Assembly (NCBI GenBank): GCA_015062445.1
Contig: SUUQ01000007.1
Coordinates: 9,831 to 73,830 of the forward strand
Direction: 5' to 3'
Length of the DNA stretch: 64,000 nt
Source: Alphaproteobacteria bacterium
GTDB taxonomy: Bacteria; Pseudomonadota; Alphaproteobacteria; Rs-D84
The translations under genes were made by a program, and so were the position numbers. Of the stretch, positions 46,174 through 56,263 are shown one piece after another (the stretch's first letter is position 1; each line of letters opens with the position of its first letter). Under the pieces are notes generated by a model that saw only the letters and a program-made list of their open reading frames with translations, made no database searches and had not been told where the DNA came from.

Positions 46174-46221
46174 ACACAAAATATAGTTATGAAAAATATA
46201 ATTTATATCTATATATTGTAT
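46174..46221. promoter_or_regulatory. Second pair of NrdR-box-like sites
   Basis: acaCaaaatataGtta (46174-89) and tatCtatatattGtat (46206-21), 32 bp apart. Confidence 0.55.
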
Positions 46222-46355
46222 TGTTCAGAATCGCCTGTTCGGAAATTGTTAATACATTATTAGGTTGTTTTTCCTGTGAAATATGTCTATATTGTCCATA
46301 TCGTGATTATGGTGATCACGGTACAGTATAATAAATAACTATCTAGGATATTATT

Positions 46356-47942
46356 ATGATAAAAAACATATACGAAATGCTGCAGGACGTATGTTCCCGT
46401 AACAAAGACAGTATTTTCTTTGTACGTCAGAACGAAACCTATGCAGAATTACTAAAACGTGTAAAACAACGTGCCGTCTTATTGGCGCAACGTTTTGGAA
46501 TTAAAAAGGGCGACACAGTTGCATTATTATCTGGCAACACACCTGACTTTGTGCGGTCATACTTTGCGATTACATCCATTGGTGCCCGTGCATTGATGTT
46601 GGATACTGGGTTAAACACCACGGAACACATCAACATGATGAAACGTACGGATTGTAAACTGGCGCTGGCCCAGAATTCCCTGTTTATCGAAAATGCACCA
46701 TGTGAAATGTTTGACATTGAAAACATTGATGACACAGACGAAAACGAATTTGTTATGGCGGACACCCAACGTTCTGAAATTGCCCAGTTATCATTTACAT
46801 CTGGTTCAACTGGTAACCCCAAAGTGGTGGGGCTGACGCACGAAAATTTGATATCGCTGTGTGACGGCGCCCAGTTTTATGCAGATGTGATACACCCGGG
46901 CTATACATTTTATGGTTTTTTGCCACTGTATCATATATATGGTGTCGTGATTAATATTATTGTACCTGTTGCGCTGCAGGGCAAATTGTTGTTGCAACCT
47001 GTCTTAAAACCCCAGGAATTTATCAAAGACTTTAAACAGTACAAACCAGAAGTTATCCCTGCAGTCCCCCGTATATGGGAGGTTTTCTATAAAAAGATTG
47101 TGGATTCTGCCCGTGAAAAGCATGTTTGGACATTGATGCGTATAATTGTATCGATGCGGCATATTTTGCGTGCGATTGGTCTGGGCAAATTGGTTGACAA
47201 GGTCACCAAACCTGTCCACGATGCCTTTGGTGGCAATACCAAGGTTTTGGTATCTGCCGGTGCAACGTTAAAGCCATCAATTCGCAAATTCTATGAAAGC
47301 ATGGGCTTTGTGGTTGGTGACTGTTATGGTTTGACCGAAACGACAGGACCTGCGAATTTTAACTTTGCGTTTCGCCGTGCCAATGGTTCAATGTACTATG
47401 CGGGGCCATTATTGGGCAACGAAATCCAGATTCATAATCCTGATAAAAAGGGTGTTGGTGAAATTTGGGTACGTGGCAACATGGTAATGCCTGGGTATTT
47501 GGATAACGACACCGCCAATGCCGAGGCCTTTGAACAGGGCTGGTTCAAGACGGGTGATATCGGTTGTCTGGACAAATACGGTCGCTTAACGGTCAAGGGA
47601 CGTCAGAAACAGGTTATTGTCTTGGACAGTGGCAAGAATGTCTATCCTGACGAACTGGAAGATTTGTATCTGCAAAACGATGAAATCCTGAATGCTGCGG
47701 TTTTCGAATACGTTATCAAAGGCAAAACAGTTCCTTTTGCTGTGTTCCAGGTAAAGCCCGGCACAACAGTTGAACGTGTGGCATTTTTGTTAAAGAAATC
47801 GAATGTGCAGATTGCCCAGTACAAATGGGTTAGACACTTTGCGATTACCGAAGAAGAATTGCCATCAACATCTGCGAAAAAGGTTAAACACTTTGCCGTT
47901 CGTGACATGTTGGATAACGGCGCATTTACCCGTGCAGAATAA
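46356..47942 (+). CDS. Long-chain fatty acid--CoA ligase (AMP-binding)
   Basis: SFTSGSTGNPK, YGLTET, WFKTGDIG and GKNVYPDELE motifs. Confidence 0.9.
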   Translation: MIKNIYEMLQDVCSRNKDSIFFVRQNETYAELLKRVKQRAVLLAQRFGIKKGDTVALLSGNTPDFVRSYFAITSIGARALMLDTGLNTTEHINMMKRTDCKLALAQNSLFIENAPCEMFDIENIDDTDENEFVMADTQRSEIAQLSFTSGSTGNPKVVGLTHENLISLCDGAQFYADVIHPGYTFYGFLPLYHIYGVVINIIVPVALQGKLLLQPVLKPQEFIKDFKQYKPEVIPAVPRIWEVFYKKIVDSAREKHVWTLMRIIVSMRHILRAIGLGKLVDKVTKPVHDAFGGNTKVLVSAGATLKPSIRKFYESMGFVVGDCYGLTETTGPANFNFAFRRANGSMYYAGPLLGNEIQIHNPDKKGVGEIWVRGNMVMPGYLDNDTANAEAFEQGWFKTGDIGCLDKYGRLTVKGRQKQVIVLDSGKNVYPDELEDLYLQNDEILNAAVFEYVIKGKTVPFAVFQVKPGTTVERVAFLLKKSNVQIAQYKWVRHFAITEEELPSTSAKKVKHFAVRDMLDNGAFTRAE

Positions 47943-48073
47943 TCATTTTCTGTTGGTGCCTAGAGCAGTGGTGCAGGGGGGGGCATGTTGCCCCCCGTGC
48001 TTATTTTATACAACATATTGACAATTGGTTATTTTGTACTATATTTACAATGTTGGGTGAATGAAGCAAAGGT

Positions 48074-48646
48074 GTGAAACAGATGGTACGGCAAAACAAA
48101 CAAACATTAGAATATATATACCGGACGTTAAAGCCGCTGGTGGATTCTGCAGCTGCCAAATTACAGGCCCGCATCGAGGCCGGCAAGCAGGCCAAGCAGG
48201 AACAAGGTATTCTGTATCGCCAGATATCGGACCTGCAGCTTTATATAATGAACAATCGATACGATCGTGAAAGTGTTCGTGATGCTGAACGTGATATTCA
48301 GGATTACGAGCATCAGTCACAGGGCATCATGAATAAAATTAATCATGCCAGTGCTGCCGTACAACAGATGTCATATGTGTCTGAATTTTATAAAAGATAT
48401 AACCAGATAGTTGTTGGACCAGAACTGGAATCGCTGCGTGCAGAACGTGACAGCATATCTGACAAAATGGATAAATTATCGGAATTAATTTTTGCATGCG
48501 ATGTGAATATGGATGCATCAGAACGCAGTCCAGATATTGTCGCCCAATCCGCCCATGACCTGTTGCAATATGAACAAGAATATGCTGAATTGGCCGGCCG
48601 CCTGGCGCAGGTCAGTTCAGAAATCAAGAAACGGGGCAGTAAATAA
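48074..48646 (+). CDS. Hypothetical coiled-coil protein
   Basis: 190-aa helical ORF. Confidence 0.65.
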   Translation: MKQMVRQNKQTLEYIYRTLKPLVDSAAAKLQARIEAGKQAKQEQGILYRQISDLQLYIMNNRYDRESVRDAERDIQDYEHQSQGIMNKINHASAAVQQMSYVSEFYKRYNQIVVGPELESLRAERDSISDKMDKLSELIFACDVNMDASERSPDIVAQSAHDLLQYEQEYAELAGRLAQVSSEIKKRGSK

Positions 48647-48648
48647 AA

Positions 48649-49896
48649 TTATTTACACACCACAACATACGGTGGTCTGGATTTTTCCGTATCAACAACT
48701 TGTTCAAACTGTGCACAGTCCATACAGTTAAATTTTCGATTTTGTGAATATTGTGACCCGATTGGCACATTTATTCCTGTGACAGCATCAACATTTTTTA
48801 CATACTCGGCATTTGGGAATCCGAAAAAGAATGCCCGTGTTGGTCCGCTGCATTCTGCGGTTGGTCCGGGATAGCATTTTGCATCATCAATTCTGCTGGG
48901 GTCTGGCAGACATTTTGTTTCGCATGTTTCTGGGTCGACAATCATGCGTTCACAATCTGTGCATGGCGATTGGGGGATTCGCAGCGTTGTTCCCAATGCA
49001 CCAGTCAGTGCCCCATATTTAATATTGCTGCACTTTTTAATATTTTTATCCAGTGTTGGATCAATTACGCATTCCCATTCCAGTGTGTTATAATTTAACC
49101 GTGCCACCATATTTGCAGGGCATTGTTTATCAGGGAATGGTGCGACACATTCCCACACGCTGTCGACCAATATTGCGGTCATATCGCCCCCGCACAGTGG
49201 TTTTCTGGATTCATCAGGCACACACTCGAACAGATCAGAATCCCATACCATGTCGCCCCCACAATTTGTTTTTGTGTTAAATCCGACACATTGCCATCGT
49301 CCAAACTTATATGTTTTTGCGGTACCTGCTGGGCAAACAATATCTGGTTCGATTGTTATATTTACCTGGGTTCCAGCGTCTGGGATTTCATATTGTGTCA
49401 TATACACCAGTTGCCCATCCGTCAGTTGCATTTTTTCAACAATTGCATCTGGGACTGTACGCTTGGTTGCGGTTCCACCTGCCATAATTTTATTGTTTTG
49501 GAATATTCCGAACGTTCCTGCGTCTGCGAAATATGTTTCCAGTATTTCCATCATATTATTATGATTGTGTTCGTCCAGTACCCCTGTGGCGGTTATGATA
49601 TAACTGTACGTTGGCTTTCTATTTTTTGTGACATCGCACTTGGTAATTTTCAGTTTACTGTCCAGACAGACGAAATCGCTGATGATTTGACTTTGTTCAA
49701 CACAAATATCATTAAATTCAGTTCCATTTATCTGTGCATTATGAACAGCTGTTGCGCACTGCGCGATTGTGCGCAGGTCTGCCTGATTAATTGCATATTC
49801 TGTTTCATGTTTTTGTACAGATTGACTGGGGCTGTCCATCATATAATAACCCGCCATAAACAGTGCAAATAAAATCATGATAAAAATATTCATCAT
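48649..49896 (-). CDS. Membrane-anchored Cys-rich protein, possibly pilin/PilV-like
   Basis: N-terminal hydrophobic helix followed by a long amphipathic helix; four C..M/T..(W/F)xCV repeats. Confidence 0.6.
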   Translation of the reverse strand: MMNIFIMILFALFMAGYYMMDSPSQSVQKHETEYAINQADLRTIAQCATAVHNAQINGTEFNDICVEQSQIISDFVCLDSKLKITKCDVTKNRKPTYSYIITATGVLDEHNHNNMMEILETYFADAGTFGIFQNNKIMAGGTATKRTVPDAIVEKMQLTDGQLVYMTQYEIPDAGTQVNITIEPDIVCPAGTAKTYKFGRWQCVGFNTKTNCGGDMVWDSDLFECVPDESRKPLCGGDMTAILVDSVWECVAPFPDKQCPANMVARLNYNTLEWECVIDPTLDKNIKKCSNIKYGALTGALGTTLRIPQSPCTDCERMIVDPETCETKCLPDPSRIDDAKCYPGPTAECSGPTRAFFFGFPNAEYVKNVDAVTGINVPIGSQYSQNRKFNCMDCAQFEQVVDTEKSRPPYVVVCK

Positions 49897-49967
49897 TCCC
49901 CCTTGCGATTTATAAAAAGTCTAGGTAATATAACAATAAAATGCAACAGGAAATATAGGGCACCGCC

Positions 49968-50456
49968 ATGAAAAAATTTTTACTATATTTAATTTTATTG
50001 TGTACATGCGCATGTGGTTTTCGTCCGATGTTTTCTGGGACAGACACCGACATTTATGTTGCACCAATCAGTGGTATTAACGGCATAGACCTGCGCAATT
50101 CGCTGTGGTCTGAATTTGGTGGCCAGTATGGACCAGATGCGACATATCGCCTGGATGTAAAACTGGAAACACCTGTCACCCAGTACAAGGCACTGGAACA
50201 AACCGGGGATGCCACCTGGCAAGAAATTGTATTAACTGCGACCTATGTGCTGTCCTATGGCGACACAGAAATTGCCACCGGCACAGCCAGTGCATCAGAA
50301 TCATATACATTTGTTCGCTATTTGGTTGCATCCAACGCGTCATATAATAATGCGGTACAAAATACAATACGTGTTTTGGCGGAAAAAATCAGCACACGTG
50401 TGATAACAGAAACATATAAACATTCACATTCAACACAATTGGACACCCAGAAATAA
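49968..50456 (+). CDS. lptE: LPS-assembly lipoprotein LptE-like
   Basis: Lipobox followed by CGFRPM; directly upstream of holA. Confidence 0.7.
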   Translation: MKKFLLYLILLCTCACGFRPMFSGTDTDIYVAPISGINGIDLRNSLWSEFGGQYGPDATYRLDVKLETPVTQYKALEQTGDATWQEIVLTATYVLSYGDTEIATGTASASESYTFVRYLVASNASYNNAVQNTIRVLAEKISTRVITETYKHSHSTQLDTQK

Positions 50457-51445
50457 TGAAATGGAAAGATGCAGATTTTAAGGGCGGTATCGAAAATATT
50501 CGTGCTGTTTTGATATATGGTCCTGATGCTGGTCAGGTTGATGAATATTGTGATTTAGCCATCAAGAAACTGGGGGTTGAGAAAGACAATCTGTTTGCGC
50601 TGGATTCTGACGAATTGCGTGAAAAGCAAGATGCCCTGTTTGCCGAGGCCTGTACCCCGTCAATGTTTGGTGGTCGTAAAATGGTCATGATATCAAACGC
50701 TGGCGATGCCTCGGCCAAGCAGATTGCAGAATTGGTTGAACATTCAGGACTGTGTGCGACTGTTGTTGTTGCAGCGGGTGATTTGCGTTCTGGTGGGGGC
50801 TTGCGTTCTATGTTCGAAGGTGCGGACAATATGGCGGCATTGGCATGTTATACAGACGATGCGAAAACCCTGGCAACACTGATACGAAATGAATTGTCTG
50901 CGGCCGCGGGTATTCAGCAAATCACACCTGATGCCATGGCATATATGACATCACACCTGGGCGGTGATCGTGGCATAACGCGTGGATTTTTAACCAAGAT
51001 TGCCCTGTATGTCGATGACAAGCATATTGTTGAATTATCTGATGTTGAAAAATGTTTACCAGATACAGGCGCATCGGACATTGATGATTTTTTATATTCG
51101 TTAACTGCGGGTCATATTCAGCAGACCATGATGGCTCTGGACAGATTATTGTATGATAACAAAGAATCAAATATGTTGGTTCGTATGCTGATTATACACT
51201 TCAAAAAGATTCAGAACGCAGTTGTCAATGGCCAGGTTCCACGCCTGTTTTGGAAGGTAGAAGATAAATTCAAAATGGCGATACGCATCTGGTCAGAATC
51301 AGAAATCACAGGTGTTTTAGTTCGTCTGAATGAACTGGAACGTCAACTGCGAACAACAGGCATGCCGGCCGAGATATTATTGCGTGATTTCGCATTAAAA
51401 TTATCTGTCCGTGCGGCTAAATTGGCGATAAAACGAAGGAATTAA
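50456..51445 (+). CDS. holA: DNA polymerase III delta subunit
   Basis: LIYGPDAG, SMFGGRK and LGGDRG motifs. Confidence 0.88.
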   Translation: MKWKDADFKGGIENIRAVLIYGPDAGQVDEYCDLAIKKLGVEKDNLFALDSDELREKQDALFAEACTPSMFGGRKMVMISNAGDASAKQIAELVEHSGLCATVVVAAGDLRSGGGLRSMFEGADNMAALACYTDDAKTLATLIRNELSAAAGIQQITPDAMAYMTSHLGGDRGITRGFLTKIALYVDDKHIVELSDVEKCLPDTGASDIDDFLYSLTAGHIQQTMMALDRLLYDNKESNMLVRMLIIHFKKIQNAVVNGQVPRLFWKVEDKFKMAIRIWSESEITGVLVRLNELERQLRTTGMPAEILLRDFALKLSVRAAKLAIKRRN

Positions 51446-51447
51446 AA

Positions 51448-52209
51448 ATGCTTGCATCTGTATATGCCCCAAAAGATTTCAAACGTCTGCGTGCGGCTGG
51501 CGATATTGTTGCCCGCTGTTTTGATTTTATATCCCCACACATCCGTGCGGGCATATCCACGGGCCAGATTGACAGATTGGTTGCCCAGTTTTTGCGTGAA
51601 AATGGCGCCCAGTCATCTGATTTAGGGTACCAAGGATATCCTAAGCATATTTGTACATCTGTAAATGATGTGATTGTTCATGGCATCCCCAGTGATGACT
51701 GTATACTAAAAGACGGTGATATCGTAAATGTTGATTTGACTGCCCAATACAAAGGGTTTCATGGTGATGCATCACGTATGTTTATGATTGGTAATGTCTC
51801 GCCCCAGGCCCGTAAACTGGTCCAGGTTTGCCAAGATGCCTTGCATGCGGCGATATCTGTATGTGCCCCTGGGGTACCACTGTCAGAAATCGGCAAAACA
51901 ATCGAAGCGGTTGTATTGCCACATGGCTTTTCTATATCCCGTGATTTTGTTGGTCATGGCATTGGCAAGGTCATGCATGATGATCCGCAAATATACCATT
52001 TTTACGATAAACGTTGGGATCGTGTCAAGATGGTTCCTGGGCTGGTGTTTACGATTGAACCAATGATAAACACTGGTTCGCCAGAATGTAAAATTGATGC
52101 AGATGGTTGGACGGCCCGTACGGTTGACGGTGGTTTATCTGCCCAGTGGGAACACACAATCGGCATTACCGAAGATGGTGCAATAATATTTACAGAAAAG
52201 ATGGTTTAA
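51448..52209 (+). CDS. map: Methionine aminopeptidase type I
   Basis: CTSVNDVIVHGIP, GFHGDASRMF, GHGIG, FTIEPMIN and AQWEHT motifs. Confidence 0.96.
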   Translation: MLASVYAPKDFKRLRAAGDIVARCFDFISPHIRAGISTGQIDRLVAQFLRENGAQSSDLGYQGYPKHICTSVNDVIVHGIPSDDCILKDGDIVNVDLTAQYKGFHGDASRMFMIGNVSPQARKLVQVCQDALHAAISVCAPGVPLSEIGKTIEAVVLPHGFSISRDFVGHGIGKVMHDDPQIYHFYDKRWDRVKMVPGLVFTIEPMINTGSPECKIDADGWTARTVDGGLSAQWEHTIGITEDGAIIFTEKMV

Positions 52210-52214
52210 TCCAA

Positions 52215-52919
52215 ATGGCACAACCAGATTCGCTATTTCATACTGGCCATCGTCAGCGGCTAAAGGAAAAATTTCTGGATGGCAAGTTAACAGAAACCGA
52301 ACAGCTAGAATTGTTGTTAACCTATGCAATACCACGTCGTGATGTTCGGGTTTTGTCACGTCAGTTAATTGAACGATTTGGCAATGTCTATGGTGTATTG
52401 CATGCTCCATATTCAGAATTAACATCGATACCTGGTGTTGGCCACAGTGTTGCTGTATTGTTAAAGTTATTTCATGAATTGATGCTGGTTTCGTTTCATA
52501 ATCGTGCCGAGCGGGGTAAATATTTATCTGACCCAAAGTTTCGTGTTGAATATTGTCGTACCTTGCTGGCGAACAAACCTGTCGAAGAAATTCATGTTTT
52601 ATACCTGGGGCCGGATTATAAATTATTACAAGAAGAAACGCACAGTCGTGGAACGATTAATGAAACAGCCATGTATGTGCGAGAGATTGCACATCGTGCA
52701 ATGAATTTGCGTGCAGTGCATGTTTTATTGGCGCATAATCACCCTATGTCCAACAACAAATTTTCTCAGCCAGATATTGAAATGACCAATGCCCTGGATG
52801 CTGCACTGACGGTATTCGGCATCCAGCTGTTGGATCATTTACTGGTCACATCCAATGGTGTTGTGCATTCGTTTCGTGAAACGGTATGGTTAGACTCTGC
52901 GTCATTTTTCAATAAATAA
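52215..52919 (+). CDS. radC: RadC (JAB-domain) protein
   Basis: GHRQRLKEKF, LELLLTY, LAHNHP and LLDHLLV motifs. Confidence 0.9.
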   Translation: MAQPDSLFHTGHRQRLKEKFLDGKLTETEQLELLLTYAIPRRDVRVLSRQLIERFGNVYGVLHAPYSELTSIPGVGHSVAVLLKLFHELMLVSFHNRAERGKYLSDPKFRVEYCRTLLANKPVEEIHVLYLGPDYKLLQEETHSRGTINETAMYVREIAHRAMNLRAVHVLLAHNHPMSNNKFSQPDIEMTNALDAALTVFGIQLLDHLLVTSNGVVHSFRETVWLDSASFFNK

Positions 52920-53525
52920 ACTCGTCACATCGCACACAACCCCGACCTGTTTTGTTTCTTGCGTGGCCATTTGATTGTTCTTCATCTGATAGATAGTTTT
53001 TGTTGCCATTGTTGGTGTATCCCATGATTCTGCCCATGGACGTGAAATTTTGACTGCGTGAAATTTTGGCTGAAATACGAATTGTATTTTCTGCAGTGCA
53101 CATTCTGCCCCATTTGTTGTTCTGAATCCTGGTGGGGTTATATTGTGCCATGTACCATTTTCGCGCATCAGTTCGATAACGTATTCGTCCCAGAAATGAC
53201 TGGTGCCGGTTTCGTGTCGGATTCGCCTGATACGGTCAATTCGTCCATCATTGTTTATATCACGGTTAAATACCTCTGTTTTTGTTATGCCACTGCCTGT
53301 TTCATCGGGGGCATCATGTGTCTGGCTGTTTGGTTGCCCCAGTCCATCTGTAAAAAAATGTTGTGTTTTCTGGGCAGATTGTACCTGTGGTGTATCTGTT
53401 CCATGGGCATTGACATCTGTATACGTACGTTTTTGCCACAACAAATACCCCAGTATTACAATTGCAACAACCAGTCCCCCTGTAATTATATTTACGAATA
53501 AATTTCCGTTTTTCAGACTCATATC
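52902..53525 (-). CDS. Membrane-anchored hypothetical protein
   Basis: TM helix FVNIITGGLVVAIVILGYLLW; DINNDGRID EF-hand-like loop. Confidence 0.65.
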   Translation of the reverse strand, partial: DMSLKNGNLFVNIITGGLVVAIVILGYLLWQKRTYTDVNAHGTDTPQVQSAQKTQHFFTDGLGQPNSQTHDAPDETGSGITKTEVFNRDINNDGRIDRIRRIRHETGTSHFWDEYVIELMRENGTWHNITPPGFRTTNGAECALQKIQFVFQPKFHAVKISRPWAESWDTPTMATKTIYQMKNNQMATQETKQVGVVCDVTSLFIEK

Positions 53526-53526
53526 T

Positions 53527-54558
53527 TTACATCCTTTCAATGGTACCGACTTTCCATCCTTCGATTTTTTTGATTGCGTGCGCAACCCTTGTCAGTTCAT
53601 CGGGGGTCAGTTCTGCCATTCGTTTATTTATTGACAGTCCTGTTAATTTTTCAATCTTTCTGTGATACTCAGACGTGTTATTTTCAGATGGTGGTGCATA
53701 TCTGCTGATTGCCCCAGCCACGGTCAGTTTATTATAACTGTCGCTGCGTAACAGTGCCTCGATTGCATACATGCCGATTTCTTCGGATGGGAAAACGGCG
53801 AATCCGCCGGCCTGACCGATTGCGCCGACACGTCGTGTAAATTCAGAATATCTGATATTCCCAGGGTTGTTATTCCGCCACGATCGATATCCCCCCGTCT
53901 TTTTTATTTTTGTACCATTTTTCAGTGTATAGATTACATCCTTGCCTGATTCTTGGGCGCTGACAGGTATGCTGCTGGCATTTGTCTGTGTTGGTGTGCG
54001 TGTATCATGCTTTGTCTGTTCTGGCGTCATTGTGTCGGTTTGCCGGGGCTGTTCAGGCGGTGTTGTATTGGTCGTTTGCCGGGGCTGTTCAGATGGTGTT
54101 GTATTGGTTGGGGGTGTTTTTGTAACGATTCCAGAATCATAAATATCAATATTTTCATACAGTTCTGCATTTTCGTTGATAAATTCAATGCCACGTTTAT
54201 CCAGAATTTCTTGAATATCTGCGATTGACACTTTTATTGTTTTGCATCCAATTGCGAACAGGTTTCCACCATATACCAGGTTTAATATCGGTCCGCTGAT
54301 TGTCAGTATTCCAAAAATCAGCACCAGGTTTTTCAGATTTGAAAAGTAATCATTTTTTGCCCCCCGTAACAGCGAAACTGCCCATCCGAACAGCATCACC
54401 CCCGTCAGCACAGCGATAATCACCCATGCGTATTCGATAAATGTTTCAAAGCTGCGTAAAATGCATGACGGATCTTCTGCATAGACAAATTCTGCATCTG
54501 CACGCAGTCCGTGAAAACCGGAATTTTGTAACAGTCTAAGAATTGTGTCTGTGTTCAT
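53527..54558 (-). CDS. Membrane protein: pilin-like hairpin, Pro/Thr linker, phage-type lysozyme-like domain
   Basis: Two TM helices; C-terminal SWRNNNPGNIR...GFAVF...AISRYAPPSENNT motif. Confidence 0.7.
   Translation of the reverse strand: MNTDTILRLLQNSGFHGLRADAEFVYAEDPSCILRSFETFIEYAWVIIAVLTGVMLFGWAVSLLRGAKNDYFSNLKNLVLIFGILTISGPILNLVYGGNLFAIGCKTIKVSIADIQEILDKRGIEFINENAELYENIDIYDSGIVTKTPPTNTTPSEQPRQTTNTTPPEQPRQTDTMTPEQTKHDTRTPTQTNASSIPVSAQESGKDVIYTLKNGTKIKKTGGYRSWRNNNPGNIRYSEFTRRVGAIGQAGGFAVFPSEEIGMYAIEALLRSDSYNKLTVAGAISRYAPPSENNTSEYHRKIEKLTGLSINKRMAELTPDELTRVAHAIKKIEGWKVGTIERM
54038..54107. repeat. 36-bp tandem repeat in the linker (TNTTPxEQPRQT)
   Basis: Copies at 54038-54071 and 54074-54107. 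Confidence 0.85.
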
Positions 54559-54567
54559 ACAGTATCA

Positions 54568-55668
54568 TTATATATCTTGCTTGTTCGATGGCTTGGTTGG
54601 AAAGAATTCTGGTATCGAAATTTCGTCGTCGTTCGCAGCGATGCCTGCCCAACTGAACAGCCCCCCCATACCTGCATCATCTCGTTTTTGTTTCGAGAAG
54701 GGCAATATGTGCTTCAGTTTTCCAATTTTGCCATGTGATTCAGATTTGGTTTCTGTGACAATTTTATCTTGTTTTTGTGCAAATTCAGATGCCAACTTTG
54801 CCAGTGTTTCATCTGTATCATCGCCCAAAAAAGGTGTTACATCATCGGGTGATATAATTGGGTCAGAAATAACATTTTCATCATCTGCGTTAACTGTATC
54901 GTGTAAATCTTCACGTAATGGTTTCATGCTTTCCAGTAGTTGTTCCAGTGTTTTTTCAACTGGCATTTCTGGTGCTTCGTCTGAAATCATGTCACCGATT
55001 GTAACCGGCTGCGCATCAGTTATTGTGTCATCATCAGTTTCTGCTGGGATTAATTGTGTGTCAATATTCAAATCGAATATCTGAACGTCATCACGGACCT
55101 CTGTCTGAACATTTTTATCGGTATCTGTTTCTGGTTTAACATCAACCGTGGCTACTTGTTCGGTTTCGTTGACAGAATCTTCCCCTGTCTCCTTGTCTGT
55201 TGACACATCTGTGCTTGATGGTTCTTGCTGTGAAACTTCATCGTCTTGCACCGACAGAATTGATAAAATTGGGATAACCTTGTCTGCTGGTTCTGCTGGG
55301 GCATCCTGTTTGATATCTGAATCCGTTATATTCGGTTGTTCGCTGATTATGGTTTCTGGCACATCATCATCGGTATTGCTTTCTGTGTCATCGACTGTTG
55401 TATCTGCATCACAGTTAATGATATCCAATTCTTCATTTACAGTCGTCTGTATATCTTCCACGATTGCTTCTGTTACACAGGGGGCTGTGTTTTGTACGGT
55501 ACTCTGTACTTCTGGTACATCAATTGCACAATCGTTATCCACCGGCACCCCGAACAGAATTGTATCCTTGTCCAGTCGCAGTGCACTGCGTACTTCGTCA
55601 AAAGCTGCCCGAATTTGTGTCATTTCAAAGACTTCGTTTCCAGAAATATAGATGATTTTTGTTTTCAT
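54568..55668 (-). CDS. Hypothetical acidic low-complexity protein
   Basis: Asp/Glu/Thr-rich centre; folded-looking ends. Confidence 0.75.
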   Translation of the reverse strand: MKTKIIYISGNEVFEMTQIRAAFDEVRSALRLDKDTILFGVPVDNDCAIDVPEVQSTVQNTAPCVTEAIVEDIQTTVNEELDIINCDADTTVDDTESNTDDDVPETIISEQPNITDSDIKQDAPAEPADKVIPILSILSVQDDEVSQQEPSSTDVSTDKETGEDSVNETEQVATVDVKPETDTDKNVQTEVRDDVQIFDLNIDTQLIPAETDDDTITDAQPVTIGDMISDEAPEMPVEKTLEQLLESMKPLREDLHDTVNADDENVISDPIISPDDVTPFLGDDTDETLAKLASEFAQKQDKIVTETKSESHGKIGKLKHILPFSKQKRDDAGMGGLFSWAGIAANDDEISIPEFFPTKPSNKQDI

Positions 55669-55751
55669 GTAATTTAACCCCCGCACTATGATGGCACATT
55701 ATATCACATTTTCCGGTTGAACGCACATAAAAAATATCTTAATATACAAAT

Positions 55752-55964
55752 ATGGCAGATATAAAACAGCAAATCTTTCAAGAGCTAACCCACCTAGAAG
55801 AGGCGGCTGCCCGTTTGCGTGGCACAGCCATCACAGCTGGTAAACAAACAGATCTAGAGGTTGCAATTCTGACCGAACAGGTTCGTTCGCTGCGGGACAA
55901 GAATGCCCGTGCATCTGACATGATTAACCAGTCTTTATCCATACTAAAGAAGTTAAAGAAATGA
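55752..55964 (+). CDS. Small coiled-coil protein upstream of zapA (ZapB/DUF4164-like)
   Basis: Heptad pattern; ATGA overlap with zapA. Confidence 0.6.
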   Translation: MADIKQQIFQELTHLEEAAARLRGTAITAGKQTDLEVAILTEQVRSLRDKNARASDMINQSLSILKKLKK

Positions 55965-56239
55965 GTGTTGTTTCCATACCAATTGTTAACAATAATTATC
56001 AAATGGGCTGCGAAGACGGCCAGGAACAACGTCTGGCGGAATTGGGGAAAATGGTTGATGCCCGTGCCCGTCAAATATTGGACAAGATTGGCCCATTGCC
56101 TGAAAATTCACTATTGGCAACGTTGTGCATCGTCCTTGCGGACGAAGTTCGCAATCGTCCTGCCGTCCTGGCGACAGAATCTGATTTAAAAGAAATTTTG
56201 GCCCGCATACGCCAAATCCGCAACAAGATTTCACAGTAA
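55961..56239 (+). CDS. zapA: Cell division protein ZapA
   Basis: YQMGCEDGQEQRLAELGKMVDARA...LLATLCIVLADE. Confidence 0.85.
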   Translation: MSVVSIPIVNNNYQMGCEDGQEQRLAELGKMVDARARQILDKIGPLPENSLLATLCIVLADEVRNRPAVLATESDLKEILARIRQIRNKISQ

Positions 56240-56263
56240 AAATCCCCCGAATATGGGGATTTT

